Positions 38,914 through 48,035 of a DNA stretch of 64,000 nt are shown here, one piece after another. Each line of letters starts with the position of its first letter. Position 1 is the first letter of the stretch. The notes under the pieces were generated by a model. The model did not search any database. It was not told the DNA's origin and saw only the letters and a program-made list of their open reading frames with translations. The position numbers and the translations under genes were made by a program. This stretch comes from Candidatus Margulisiibacteriota bacterium (GTDB taxonomy: Bacteria; Margulisbacteria; WOR-1; O2-12-FULL-45-9): NCBI GenBank assembly GCA_034723395.1, contig JAYEOW010000029.1, positions 1-64,000 on the forward strand, given 5' to 3'.

Positions 38914-39523
38914 ATTAATCCTTCTGGGTTTTTCGTTTTTTGTCCTGTTGGCTGGTTGTGGGGATATTGAGGGGGATGTTGCCACATTAACGCTCTCTCC
39001 TTCGAGCGCGACCATCGGGATCAATCAATCTCAAGTATTTACCTCGATCGCAAAGGACAGCTACGGGCTGATCGTCGATTCTTCGCCGACCTGGAGTACT
39101 ACGGGCGGGATCGGGGCGATCAGCACGACCGGGTTGTTCGTTGCCGGAGATAGCACGGGAGAGGGATATGTGGCCGCTACTTTAGACAACAAGATTGCGA
39201 CCGCTACGGTAACAATTACTGATGCCGGCTGGCTTACCGGAAGGGTCCAAAGTTCACTGAGCAATCTTGGCTATATCGCAAACATTAAAGTTTACCTTAG
39301 TGAAGATCCGACCCTTTATGACCGTTCAGATAGTGATGGGAGATACGAAATTTCGGGAATTCCAGCGGGGACCTATGAAGCCTTGACTGAAGCTACGGTT
39401 ACCTTCCAGTCCGCTTCCCGTGAAGTTGCGGTTACCCGCGGTCAAACAACGACTTGGGATATCATGCTTGAGGCTCAGCCGGGGGTAAATCCGGTCCCAA
39501 CTACTACGGTCCCTTCTTTTTAA
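38894..39523 (+). CDS. Lipoprotein with Ig-like and carboxypeptidase-regulatory-like domains
   Basis: Lipobox LAGC; LTLSPSSATI...WSTTGGIG; SDSDGRYEISGIPAGTY. Confidence 0.7.
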   Translation: MANWPSKLILLGFSFFVLLAGCGDIEGDVATLTLSPSSATIGINQSQVFTSIAKDSYGLIVDSSPTWSTTGGIGAISTTGLFVAGDSTGEGYVAATLDNKIATATVTITDAGWLTGRVQSSLSNLGYIANIKVYLSEDPTLYDRSDSDGRYEISGIPAGTYEALTEATVTFQSASREVAVTRGQTTTWDIMLEAQPGVNPVPTTTVPSF

Positions 39524-39867
39524 TGATGGCAGAGACGTTTGATCCAAAAGAGGAGGGGCGACGGATCGCTAGCGAGTATTTAAGCAAGCGGGGGTGGGCG
39601 AGGGAGCGGAGGAGGTCGTTGGACCGGCAGGTCAATCCCGGATTCCAGAGGGAAGAGTTTGAAGAGAAGGAGAGGCAGTGTGACCGGACCGAAGAAGATG
39701 CGGAGACGCTTTTTTCCGGTAAGGTTGAGCTGTACCGGAAGGATGGTTCATCTCAGGCCAAAGCGGTATTATGGTCGATTGTTGATATTCTGGGAAGAAG
39801 AACTGATCTCGGTTTTTTTGCAAAACGTATTATTGATCGATTAAAAAGGGAGTTGGAACTGTTCTAA
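39523..39867 (+). CDS. Hypothetical protein
   Basis: Overlapping TAATG junctions with both neighbours; no recognised motif. Confidence 0.7.
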   Translation: MMAETFDPKEEGRRIASEYLSKRGWARERRRSLDRQVNPGFQREEFEEKERQCDRTEEDAETLFSGKVELYRKDGSSQAKAVLWSIVDILGRRTDLGFFAKRIIDRLKRELELF

Positions 39868-40838
39868 TGGTTTGGCTAAAATTATTAATTTGTGCGGGGA
39901 TCATATTTTTTGCGGGGATGAAGATTACCCGCTATGCGGATGTGATCGCCGAAAAAACCGGTTTAGGAAAAGCTTGGATCGGGCTGGTCCTTTTAGCAAC
40001 GGTCACTTCACTCCCGGAGCTGGCGAACGGCATTTCCGCGGTAACTTTTACCGATATCCCTGATCTGGCGGTCGGCGACCTGTTAGGGGCCTGCATGATC
40101 AATATGCTTACCCTGGCCTTGCTTGACATTATTCAATGGGTTAGAGGAAAGCCAACAATATTCGTTAAGCCGGCAAAAAGGAATGTTTTCGCGTGTTTTG
40201 TGAGTTTGTCGCTGCTGTTGTTCACCGCGTTCTCGATATTAATGAGTATTTATGTTTTTGATCTAGCAATATTTTCGGTTTCATTATATACCCTGATTAT
40301 TTTCGCGGTATATTTTGTTTCGCAGAAAGTTATGTTCCATCGCGAACATGAAAATGTTGAAATTTGTCATGAAAATGCAAATTATAAACTTTATCTAAAG
40401 TTCTTATTGTTAGGCTTGTTAATAATTGTCGCAGGCAGTTGGCTCCCTTTTATTGGCGGGGAGATAATATCAGTAATGGGATGGGGAAAAACATTTGTCG
40501 GGGTCCTTTTCTTGGGTTTAGCGACTACGCTGCCGGAACTAGTAGTTTCAATTTCGGCTTTAAGGATGGGAAATATCTCGATGAGCAAAGGAAATCTGTT
40601 TGGAAGCAATATTTTTAATATTGGGATCCTATTTGTCGTTGACGTTTTTTACCGAAAGGGACCTCTATTGGCAAGTGTTTCTAATAATATGATCTATGCC
40701 GCTCTGTTTGGCGCCCTCCTGACCGGGGTTGCGTTCAGGGCGATTAAGGCCAAGACAAAATTCCGTTTTGCCGCGGCGGCGATCATAGTTATCTATATCA
40801 TTTCTATCTATATTTTATATGGATTGGGCATGTCATAA
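39867..40838 (+). CDS. Ca2+/cation antiporter (CaCA, YrbG-like)
   Basis: Two alpha-repeats TSLPEL and TTLPEL...GNLFGSNIFN; about 10 TM segments. Confidence 0.9.
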   Translation: MVWLKLLICAGIIFFAGMKITRYADVIAEKTGLGKAWIGLVLLATVTSLPELANGISAVTFTDIPDLAVGDLLGACMINMLTLALLDIIQWVRGKPTIFVKPAKRNVFACFVSLSLLLFTAFSILMSIYVFDLAIFSVSLYTLIIFAVYFVSQKVMFHREHENVEICHENANYKLYLKFLLLGLLIIVAGSWLPFIGGEIISVMGWGKTFVGVLFLGLATTLPELVVSISALRMGNISMSKGNLFGSNIFNIGILFVVDVFYRKGPLLASVSNNMIYAALFGALLTGVAFRAIKAKTKFRFAAAAIIVIYIISIYILYGLGMS

Positions 40839-40886
40839 GTTTACAGGTTTTATTGCTGCCTTTTTCTGTAAAGTACCGCAAAGTCC

Positions 40887-40915
40887 TTGACATTTTTTTA
40901 ATATTTCCTTACAAT
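40887..40915 (+). promoter_or_regulatory. Sigma70 promoter of the lipoprotein-ruvC-ruvA unit
   Basis: TTGACA-17 bp-TACAAT, ATG 10 nt downstream. Confidence 0.75.
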
Positions 40916-40925
40916 TATCAGGTAG

Positions 40926-41327
40926 ATGAGGGTGAAATCTTTAATACTTCTGTTTGTCTTGGGGATAGTTATTGTTGGTTGTGCTCCGAAGCCTGCCAGA
41001 GAAGTTGTACTCCTAAAAGATAGCATCGAAGTTGAATTTGCGAAATCACCATCCTTTGTCGGTCAGGTCAAGAATATCGGTGAAAAAGATGTCCAATTGA
41101 GATCGATTGCTTTCACGATCTGGAAGAGCGGTAAACGTGACTGGATAAAGGATGCCGGAGTGGCGTGGTTTGCGAAAAACCTTAAGCCGGAGGAAGCAGC
41201 CGTCTTTGAAGTTAATTTTCCTGAGCTAGGAACTACCGAAGGTCTCTCTGTCTACTCTTATGAACTCCGATGGTACGACAAGGCAGCCAGCCGGCTATTT
41301 TCTAAAACCGAAAACGCCACCCTTTAA
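40926..41327 (+). CDS. Small lipoprotein (FxLYD-like Ig fold possible)
   Basis: Lipobox IVGC; GQVKNIGEKD...NLKPEEAAVFEV. Confidence 0.6.
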   Translation: MRVKSLILLFVLGIVIVGCAPKPAREVVLLKDSIEVEFAKSPSFVGQVKNIGEKDVQLRSIAFTIWKSGKRDWIKDAGVAWFAKNLKPEEAAVFEVNFPELGTTEGLSVYSYELRWYDKAASRLFSKTENATL

Positions 41328-41809
41328 TGTTAACCCTGGGAATCGATCCAGGCACAGCAACCACCGGTTTTGGTCTGATCAAAGAAAAAAAAGATAGGCT
41401 CGCTTTTGTGGACCACGGTATTATTTCTACTTCAAAAAAAGATAGTCCTCAGGATAGGCTGCGGAAGATATATATTGAGCTAAAGAACCTCCTGATCGAA
41501 TTCAAGCCGGGCTCAGTGGCAATTGAGCGGCTTTTTTTCGGTAAGAACAGCAAAACCGCGATCGCGGTGGGGCAGGCGAGAGGGTTGGCGCTACTAGCTG
41601 CAGCTGAGCTTAAGATCCCGATTGCAGAATATACGCCTTTGCAGGTTAAAATGGCGATAACCGGGTACGGGAAAGCAGATAAAAAACAGGTGCAGCAGAT
41701 GGTCAAGGCTTTATTACGGCTGGACTTTATCCCTAAGCCGGACGACGCGGCGGACGCCCTGGCGATCGCGATTACCCATCTGCATTCCTATAAGCTGGAG
41801 AATTTATGA
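41327..41809 (+). CDS. ruvC: Holliday junction resolvase
   Basis: LGIDPG, AIERLFF, VGQARG, DDAADALA. Confidence 0.97.
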   Translation: MLTLGIDPGTATTGFGLIKEKKDRLAFVDHGIISTSKKDSPQDRLRKIYIELKNLLIEFKPGSVAIERLFFGKNSKTAIAVGQARGLALLAAAELKIPIAEYTPLQVKMAITGYGKADKKQVQQMVKALLRLDFIPKPDDAADALAIAITHLHSYKLENL

Positions 41810-42405
41810 TCTCGCATTTGAAAGGGATACTGGAGCACACTGACAAGAACCATATTATAATTGATGTTGGAGGTGTTGGTTATCACGTAAATGTCCCTTC
41901 CGCGATCCTGGCGAAGCTTCCAAAGACCGGAGAAGAGGTAAAGCTCTTTACCTATCAAGTAGTGAGAGAAGATGATGTTTCGTTGTATGGATTCCTTTCT
42001 AAAGAAGAGCGGAGCTTGTTTTCTTTGTTGCTTTCAGTGAGCGGGATCGGGCCCAAAGCTTCGCTTAAAATTATCTCCAGTTTCCCGATCGATAAGTTGG
42101 TCTCTGCAATCGCTTCAGGCGATGCCGATATGATCACTTCGGTCCCGGGCGTTGGGGCAAAAACTGCGCAAAAACTGGTAATTGAGCTTAAAGAAAAAAT
42201 TGCAAAAGCGTATGCGATCAAACCTTCGGAGATGGCAATTGGTATTAAAGGCGACACGCCTATAGTTTCGGATGCGATCTCAGCCCTAATTGCACTTGGC
42301 TATTCTCCTCGCGAAGCGCGCGACACAATTTTAAAGTCCGGACTCGATTTATCTGCTCAGAGTGTTGAAGGCATAGTAAGACAGGCGTTAAAGAACTTTG
42401 TCTAG
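41806..42405 (+). CDS. ruvA: Holliday junction branch migration protein
   Basis: GGVGY, VRED..LYGF, VSGIGPK, PGVGAKTA. Confidence 0.97.
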   Translation: MISHLKGILEHTDKNHIIIDVGGVGYHVNVPSAILAKLPKTGEEVKLFTYQVVREDDVSLYGFLSKEERSLFSLLLSVSGIGPKASLKIISSFPIDKLVSAIASGDADMITSVPGVGAKTAQKLVIELKEKIAKAYAIKPSEMAIGIKGDTPIVSDAISALIALGYSPREARDTILKSGLDLSAQSVEGIVRQALKNFV

Positions 42406-42888
42406 GGTCCATCTTTCCGCCCGCCGCATCCATTTCCGCAGCCAAAATGTCTCTTCGGTCAGGTATTTTACAAAAATGGTATGGATTTTCAAAAACTTTG
42501 CTCCCAGGATATCCATAAAAATCTGATCCCCGATCATTGCGCATTCCTCCGGTTTTGAATTGAGCAGCTTGAATGATTTTAAGAATACAAAAGGGAGCGG
42601 TTTCAGGCTAAACGGGATAGCCGGAATATCCAGGGTCTCTCCAATAAATTTAACCCTTATCGGATGGCGGCTGTTTGAGATGATGCAAAGTTTAAATCCT
42701 TCTTCCTTGCGCATGGCTACCCATTCAAAGACCCGCGGGGAGACATCGTTTACATTCCGGGGGATAAGGGTATCATCGATATCCAGGAGCAGGGAGTTAA
42801 TCCCCATTTTCTTTAATTTTTCAAAATCTATCTCATGGATATTATTTAGGATCTGGTCGGGCTTAAATATTTTTTGAAGCCAGTTCAA
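42388..42888 (-). CDS. YqeG-family HAD IIIA phosphatase
   Basis: LDIDDTL, ISNS, KP, IGDQIFMDILGA. Confidence 0.88.
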   Translation of the reverse strand: MNWLQKIFKPDQILNNIHEIDFEKLKKMGINSLLLDIDDTLIPRNVNDVSPRVFEWVAMRKEEGFKLCIISNSRHPIRVKFIGETLDIPAIPFSLKPLPFVFLKSFKLLNSKPEECAMIGDQIFMDILGAKFLKIHTIFVKYLTEETFWLRKWMRRAERWTLDKVL

Positions 42889-43096
42889 AGTTTATCCTCC
42901 TTTTGAGCCCCTCTATCAATTTATCAAAGTCTTCTTTGAAATCGGGCGCAACCATCAGTTTAATGGTCGCCTTCGGGCCGGGCTCAGGTTTTGGGGTGCG
43001 AATAGAGACCATCCCCTCAAAGGCCTCAAAATAGGGGCAGATTAGATAAATATCCTCCTTGTTTACTCTAAGAAATACATCGATCGAGTCCATCAT
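42863..43096 (-). CDS. Small conserved protein (DUF4911-like)
   Basis: EDIYLI..YFEAFEGMVSIRT pattern. Confidence 0.6.
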   Translation of the reverse strand: MMDSIDVFLRVNKEDIYLICPYFEAFEGMVSIRTPKPEPGPKATIKLMVAPDFKEDFDKLIEGLKRRINFELASKNI

Positions 43097-43875
43097 AGTT
43101 TTTCGATGTAGAAGATCAAAACCGCTGGAACATCTTCATATAAGATATCGTTGACCTCCTTTAATTTTTCATTACGGTCGCCTTTTAAGGCGGGATTGAT
43201 ATTTTCAAGTTGGCCCAAAAGTTTATCTACCCGTGGGTTGTCATATCTGGAAAAGTTCGCATTGCCGTCCGACTTAAAGAGCGGTTCGATAAGGGTATAA
43301 CTGTCATAGTTTGCGGCCGCCTCTTCGGTAAAAAGCTGTTTGATATTTGCTTTATAACCGAGCAGATATAAATCGTGTTTGCCCGAAGAAAGCCCATCAA
43401 TCCATTTATCTTCATCAGAATAGGGGATCTCTACCAGTTTTACCTTCATTCCGATATTGCGCAGGTCCTTTTGGATCTGATTGGCAATAGCGACGGTCAT
43501 TAGTCCGTCGGTATGGAGGAGGGTTAGCGTTTTTAAGCGTTTGTCATTCATCGGATAATTGGAGCCTTTCATTAAAAGTTTGGCGTAAGAGACATCCATT
43601 TCGCGCGGGGCAAGGTCGGGATCATAGCCGATCATCTTAGGCGGGATATAGCTTCCCGGGACTACCTCTTCGCTGATGATTTCGGTAAGAATATATTTTT
43701 TATTGATCGTTTGATCGACCGCTTCCCGGACACGGAGATCTTTAAGCACGGGATTTTTCTGGTTGAATGCCATGAACCAGAGGCCATCGTACTCTTTTGC
43801 TAGAGCGAAAGAACAATTAACAATTAACAATGACACAATTAACAATGAATGAAATATTATCTTATTTAGACGCAT
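43093..43875 (-). CDS. Half-length ABC substrate-binding protein (family 5, C-terminal part) with its own signal peptide
   Basis: FNQKNPVLKDLRVREAV, IQKDLRNIGMKV, NFSRYDNPRVDKLL, ILYEDVPAV; start at MRLNK. Confidence 0.7.
   Translation of the reverse strand: MRLNKIIFHSLLIVSLLIVNCSFALAKEYDGLWFMAFNQKNPVLKDLRVREAVDQTINKKYILTEIISEEVVPGSYIPPKMIGYDPDLAPREMDVSYAKLLMKGSNYPMNDKRLKTLTLLHTDGLMTVAIANQIQKDLRNIGMKVKLVEIPYSDEDKWIDGLSSGKHDLYLLGYKANIKQLFTEEAAANYDSYTLIEPLFKSDGNANFSRYDNPRVDKLLGQLENINPALKGDRNEKLKEVNDILYEDVPAVLIFYIEKL
43813..43853. repeat. 7-nt-period repeat encoding the signal-peptide core of the SBP gene
   Basis: ACAATTA ACAATTA ACAATGA CACAATTA ACAATGA; minus strand reads FHSLLIVSLLIVNCS. 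Confidence 0.75.
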
Positions 43876-44413
43876 ATTTTTTTCTCCCTTGTTCAAAAAG
43901 ATCTTTCCCCTTGGAATCGATCGCCACGATCGCCGGAAAGTCGACTACGTCCAGCGCTAAAATTGCTTCTGACCCGAGATCAGGATAAGCGATCACGGTC
44001 GACTTCTTAATATGGCGCGACATTAAAGCGGCAGTCCCTCCCGGAACGACCATGTAGGCCGCTTTGTATTTTTTCATCGCGGTAATAACCTCTTTTCCGC
44101 GGCGCCCTTTGCCGATCGTTATCTTTACGCCCTGCTTTAGGAGCGCGGGAGTAAAAGGATCCATTCTGGTCGACGTCGTGGGGCCGATCGACCCGATAAT
44201 TTTTCCCTTTGGGGTTGGGGTGGGCGACGCGTAGTAAAGGATCGCCCCTTCGGTTTTAAATGGGGGTTTGTTTTGAAATATCCGATGCGCCGCGTCGCGG
44301 GCAGTATAGATTATTCCAGAGATTAAAACTTTATCGCCAGCTTTTAGGCTTTTGACATCTTTATCGGTTAGCGGTGCTTTTAATTTTATTAGTTTTGATT
44401 TAGATTTCGGCAT
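43862..44413 (-). CDS. Class I fumarate hydratase / tartrate dehydratase beta subunit
   Basis: TARDAAH, GPTTSTRM, IGKG. Confidence 0.92.
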   Translation of the reverse strand: MPKSKSKLIKLKAPLTDKDVKSLKAGDKVLISGIIYTARDAAHRIFQNKPPFKTEGAILYYASPTPTPKGKIIGSIGPTTSTRMDPFTPALLKQGVKITIGKGRRGKEVITAMKKYKAAYMVVPGGTAALMSRHIKKSTVIAYPDLGSEAILALDVVDFPAIVAIDSKGKDLFEQGRKKYASK

Positions 44414-45236
44414 GTTTTACCCTATGCGCGTGACATTCGATATTTATCGCTACCGGCAAACTTGAAATGTGGCACGGCCGCTTTTCAATGTTAACCGCTA
44501 ATGCGGTGATTTTTCCGCCCATCCCCATCGGCCCGATCCCGGTCTTATTGGTTTTATCAAGCAGCTCTTTTTCCCAATCGGCCATATTCTTTTCACTATT
44601 ATGCATTCCAATTTCCCTAAAGAGCGCTTTTTTTGCGATTATCGGTGCGTAATCAAAACTTCCGCCAATACCGACACCGACGATCATTGGCGGGCAGGCG
44701 TTTGGCCCCGCGTTTTTGACGGTGTCCAGAATGAATTCGGAGATTTCCCCTTTTCGGCTGTTTGGATTGAACATTTTAACTGCACTGCAGTTTTCTGCTC
44801 CGCCCCCTTTAGCCATCAAACTGAGTTTTATGTTTTCTCCGGGGACGATCTTAGTGTGGATGATAGCAGGCGTATTATCTCCGCTATTTTTTCGCCTTAA
44901 AGGATCCTTTGCTACCGATTTTCTTAGTTGAGCGTATCCGCGGCTGACCCCTTCATTGATTGCCTCTTCGAGGACGCCATTTATGATTGCAACATCTTGT
45001 CCGACTTCAAGGAAGATTATTGCGAGTCCGGTATCCTGGCAAATGGGGAGTTTTTCTCTCCAGGCAGTTTTGGAATTGTTTATTAGCTGCCTGATGATTT
45101 CTCTTCCGGTGGGGGAGGTCTCTTTGGCCAGCGCTTTGTTCAATGCTCCGGTAACGTCTTCTGGTAAGGAAGTGGTCGCTTCAACGCAGAGTTTTTTTAC
45201 CGTATCGGTGATCTTTTTTGCTACGACTTCTCTCAT
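44400..45236 (-). CDS. Class I fumarate hydratase / tartrate dehydratase alpha subunit
   Basis: PICQDTG, KGGGAEN, NACPP, CHISSLPVA, ECHAHR. Confidence 0.92.
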   Translation of the reverse strand: MREVVAKKITDTVKKLCVEATTSLPEDVTGALNKALAKETSPTGREIIRQLINNSKTAWREKLPICQDTGLAIIFLEVGQDVAIINGVLEEAINEGVSRGYAQLRKSVAKDPLRRKNSGDNTPAIIHTKIVPGENIKLSLMAKGGGAENCSAVKMFNPNSRKGEISEFILDTVKNAGPNACPPMIVGVGIGGSFDYAPIIAKKALFREIGMHNSEKNMADWEKELLDKTNKTGIGPMGMGGKITALAVNIEKRPCHISSLPVAINIECHAHRVKHAEI

Positions 45237-45239
45237 ATC

Positions 45240-45274
45240 AATGACCAATGCCTAATGACGAATGACTAATTATG
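45240..45274. repeat. 7-nt-period repeat (AATGACN) between mdh and the fumarase alpha gene
   Basis: AATGACC AATGCCT AATGACG AATGACT AATTATG. Confidence 0.75.
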
Positions 45275-45275
45275 G

Positions 45276-46199
45276 TCATGTTATTTTATTATTATTTTCC
45301 CGGATAACTTCAGCTGACTTATGGAGGGCGGCTTTCTCTTTTTCGGTTAGTTCTATTTCAATTACCTCTTTTACCCCGTTTCTTCCAAGTTTTGCCGGGA
45401 GACCGATATAAAGACCCTTTAATCCGTATTCACCATCCGTGTAGACCGAAGAGGGGATAACCTCTTCTTTATCTCGCAGGATAGATTCTATCATATGGGC
45501 GGCGGCAGCTGAAGGGGCATAATAGGCGGAGCCGGTTTTTAAGTGGGCAACTATTTCAGCTCCCCCCTTGCGGGTCCTTTCCACGATTTGGTCGATATTC
45601 TTTTGAGGGAGGAGTTTTTCGATCGATTTGCCAGAAACGGTGGTTTGGCTGGGAACCGGGACCATGAGGTCGCCGTGAGTGCCCAAAACCATCGCTTTTA
45701 CTTCGGTTACCGGGACATTCAGCTCCATCGCGATAAAAGTTGCCATCCTTGCCAGATCGAGCAGGGGAGCCATTCCTAATACTTTCTTAGGATCGAAACC
45801 CAAGGTTTTCCAGGCGACATAGGTCATTGTATCTAAAGGATTGGTGACCAGCAGAACGATCGAATTAGGGGCAAATTCTTTTATCTTTTCGGATACCGAA
45901 GTAATGATCGCAGTGTTCTTTGCTAAAAGATCATCCCTGCTCATCCCCGGTTTGCGGGCGAGTCCGGCGGTTACGACTACGATCTCTGAATCTTTGATCA
46001 GAGAAAAATCATTGGTGCCGGTTATTTTCGAGTCATAGCCGACAACCGGTCCGGCCTGCATCATATCGAGTGCTTTTCCTTGAGGGATTCCTTCGATAAT
46101 ATCGACTAAGACGATATCGCCCAGCTTTTTTTCGGCTAGTCGGCGGGCGACTTCGGCTCCCACATTACCAGCGCCAATCACACTAATTTTAGACGTCAT
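45276..46199 (-). CDS. mdh: Malate dehydrogenase (LDH-like)
   Basis: IGAGNVG, TAGLARKPGMSRDDL, VTNPLD, GTHGD, GSAYYAP. Confidence 0.95.
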   Translation of the reverse strand: MTSKISVIGAGNVGAEVARRLAEKKLGDIVLVDIIEGIPQGKALDMMQAGPVVGYDSKITGTNDFSLIKDSEIVVVTAGLARKPGMSRDDLLAKNTAIITSVSEKIKEFAPNSIVLLVTNPLDTMTYVAWKTLGFDPKKVLGMAPLLDLARMATFIAMELNVPVTEVKAMVLGTHGDLMVPVPSQTTVSGKSIEKLLPQKNIDQIVERTRKGGAEIVAHLKTGSAYYAPSAAAAHMIESILRDKEEVIPSSVYTDGEYGLKGLYIGLPAKLGRNGVKEVIEIELTEKEKAALHKSAEVIRENNNKIT

Positions 46200-46236
46200 G
46201 GGGATAGTTTATCAGAATTTTAAGGGGAGATCAATT

Positions 46237-47046
46237 TTAGACGGGCAGGTGATCAGCCAATATAACTAATTCTTCGATCGACAGCGTTTCCGGCCTTCGA
46301 TTTAGATCGATCCCGGCATCTTCTAGGTTAAACTCCTTCAGCGAATTCCTAATCATCTTTCTCCGCTGCTGGAAAGCTGCGTGGACGACATCGAAGAACC
46401 GTTTCTCATCCTTAACTTTATATTTCGGAGTCTGGCGTGGTTTTAGAACAACCACTGCTGACCCAACTTCCGGCCATGGGTAGAAAGATGATTTGCTGAC
46501 AAATGAATTAAGCGAAACCTCGGCGTGATACTGGACAAAAACCGAAAACGAACCGTATTTTTTCGTTCCCGGGGATGCTGCCATCCGTTCGGAGACCTCT
46601 TTCTGGACCATGATTACCGCAAGCTCCGGTTTATCTTCGATCGTTAATATTTTTTCGACGATAGGGGCGGTAATATAATAGGGGAGATTACCGATAATCT
46701 TATATCTTCTTCCCATGATCAGTTTCTGCAGGTCGGTCTTTAATATGTCTTTAGAGATAAAACTGATATTGTCGAAAGGCTTTAAAACCTCTTTGCTGAT
46801 ACTGAGAAGCTCTTTGTCGATTTCGATCGCGATCAGGTGATAGACATGTTTGGCTAGTTCGGAAGTAACAACTCCGAGCCCGGAACCGATCTCGATTACC
46901 AGGTCGTCCTTGGAAAGTTCTCCTGCATTAATGATCCGTTTGAGGACCTGGGGATCCACCAAAAAATGCTGGCCCAAACGTTTGCGTGGAAATCTGCCGT
47001 GGACTAATAGTAGTTCTTTGGTGATCTGTGCCAGGGTCGGGGTCAT
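46237..47046 (-). CDS. rsmA: 16S rRNA dimethyladenosine transferase
   Basis: LGQHFL, EIGSGLG, GNLPYYIT, QQRRK. Confidence 0.96.
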   Translation of the reverse strand: MTPTLAQITKELLLVHGRFPRKRLGQHFLVDPQVLKRIINAGELSKDDLVIEIGSGLGVVTSELAKHVYHLIAIEIDKELLSISKEVLKPFDNISFISKDILKTDLQKLIMGRRYKIIGNLPYYITAPIVEKILTIEDKPELAVIMVQKEVSERMAASPGTKKYGSFSVFVQYHAEVSLNSFVSKSSFYPWPEVGSAVVVLKPRQTPKYKVKDEKRFFDVVHAAFQQRRKMIRNSLKEFNLEDAGIDLNRRPETLSIEELVILADHLPV

Positions 47047-48035
47047 CTAATTTTGGCAAAATGTGTGGCGACTTTGATCGCCTCGATCAAGCTCTGCGGC
47101 TTGGCCCACCCTTTACCGGCAATATCAAAGCCAGTCCCGTGATCGACCGAAGTGCGGATGATCGGCAGGCCGACCGTAACATTGACCGAATGGTTGAAGG
47201 AGAGAAGTTTTAACGGGATCAATCCCTGGTCATGATACATTGCGATCACAATATCGAACATCCCGATGTTTGCTAGATAGAAAATCGCATCGGGCGAGAT
47301 CGGGCCTTTGACATTGATCCCAAGCTTTTTCGCTGCGTCAACGGCCGGTTTGATAATCTTTATCTCTTCATCGCCAAAGATACCTGCTTCACCAGCGTGA
47401 GGATTAAGACCCGCCACCCCGATCTTCGGTTTTTTCCCGCGGAGCTTTAGAAGGGTTTCGTGGGCGAGTTTTATCCTTTTGACGATCTTTTGTTTATCAA
47501 TATGTTTACTAACTTCTTTTAATGGCAGGTGGGTAGTGACCAGCATAATCCAAAGTGAATCGGAGATAAACATCATTGCGTAATCCTTGGCGCCGGTCCG
47601 CGTGGCCAGGATCTCGGTATGTCCCTGGAATTTATAGCCCGCTTTATGGATCGACTCTTTATTGATTGGCCCGGTAGTGATCGCGTCGATCTTTCCGTCT
47701 TTGGCCAGGCGGATCGCTTTTTCGATATATTCTACCGAGGCTTTGCCGGCCGCTTTTGAGACCTGGCCCAACTTTAGGCTCGCGCCGACGTTTTTTAGAT
47801 TGAGGACATCGATGATGCCGCGCTGGAATTTTGCTTCGGATATTTTTTTGATCGGATTGATCTCGATGTTGGGGATCTTAGAGACCTTGATTCCCTGGCG
47901 CATCGCCTTTTTATCGCCGATTACAACACAGTTAGCGATGACTTGAATTTCGTTGTCAGTTAAAGCCTTAGCGCAGATTTCGGGGCCGATCCCGGCGGGA
48001 TCGCCCATGGTGACGCCGACTACCGGCTTATACAT
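47043..48035 (-). CDS. pdxA: 4-hydroxythreonine-4-phosphate dehydrogenase
   Basis: MGDPAGIGPE, GHTE, NPHAGE, MYHDQG, RTSVDHGT. Confidence 0.95.
   Translation of the reverse strand: MYKPVVGVTMGDPAGIGPEICAKALTDNEIQVIANCVVIGDKKAMRQGIKVSKIPNIEINPIKKISEAKFQRGIIDVLNLKNVGASLKLGQVSKAAGKASVEYIEKAIRLAKDGKIDAITTGPINKESIHKAGYKFQGHTEILATRTGAKDYAMMFISDSLWIMLVTTHLPLKEVSKHIDKQKIVKRIKLAHETLLKLRGKKPKIGVAGLNPHAGEAGIFGDEEIKIIKPAVDAAKKLGINVKGPISPDAIFYLANIGMFDIVIAMYHDQGLIPLKLLSFNHSVNVTVGLPIIRTSVDHGTGFDIAGKGWAKPQSLIEAIKVATHFAKIR

Noticed and set aside
41327..42405. ruvB missing next to ruvC-ruvA
   Set aside because: ruvB is often unlinked; absence from a 64-kb window is uninformative.
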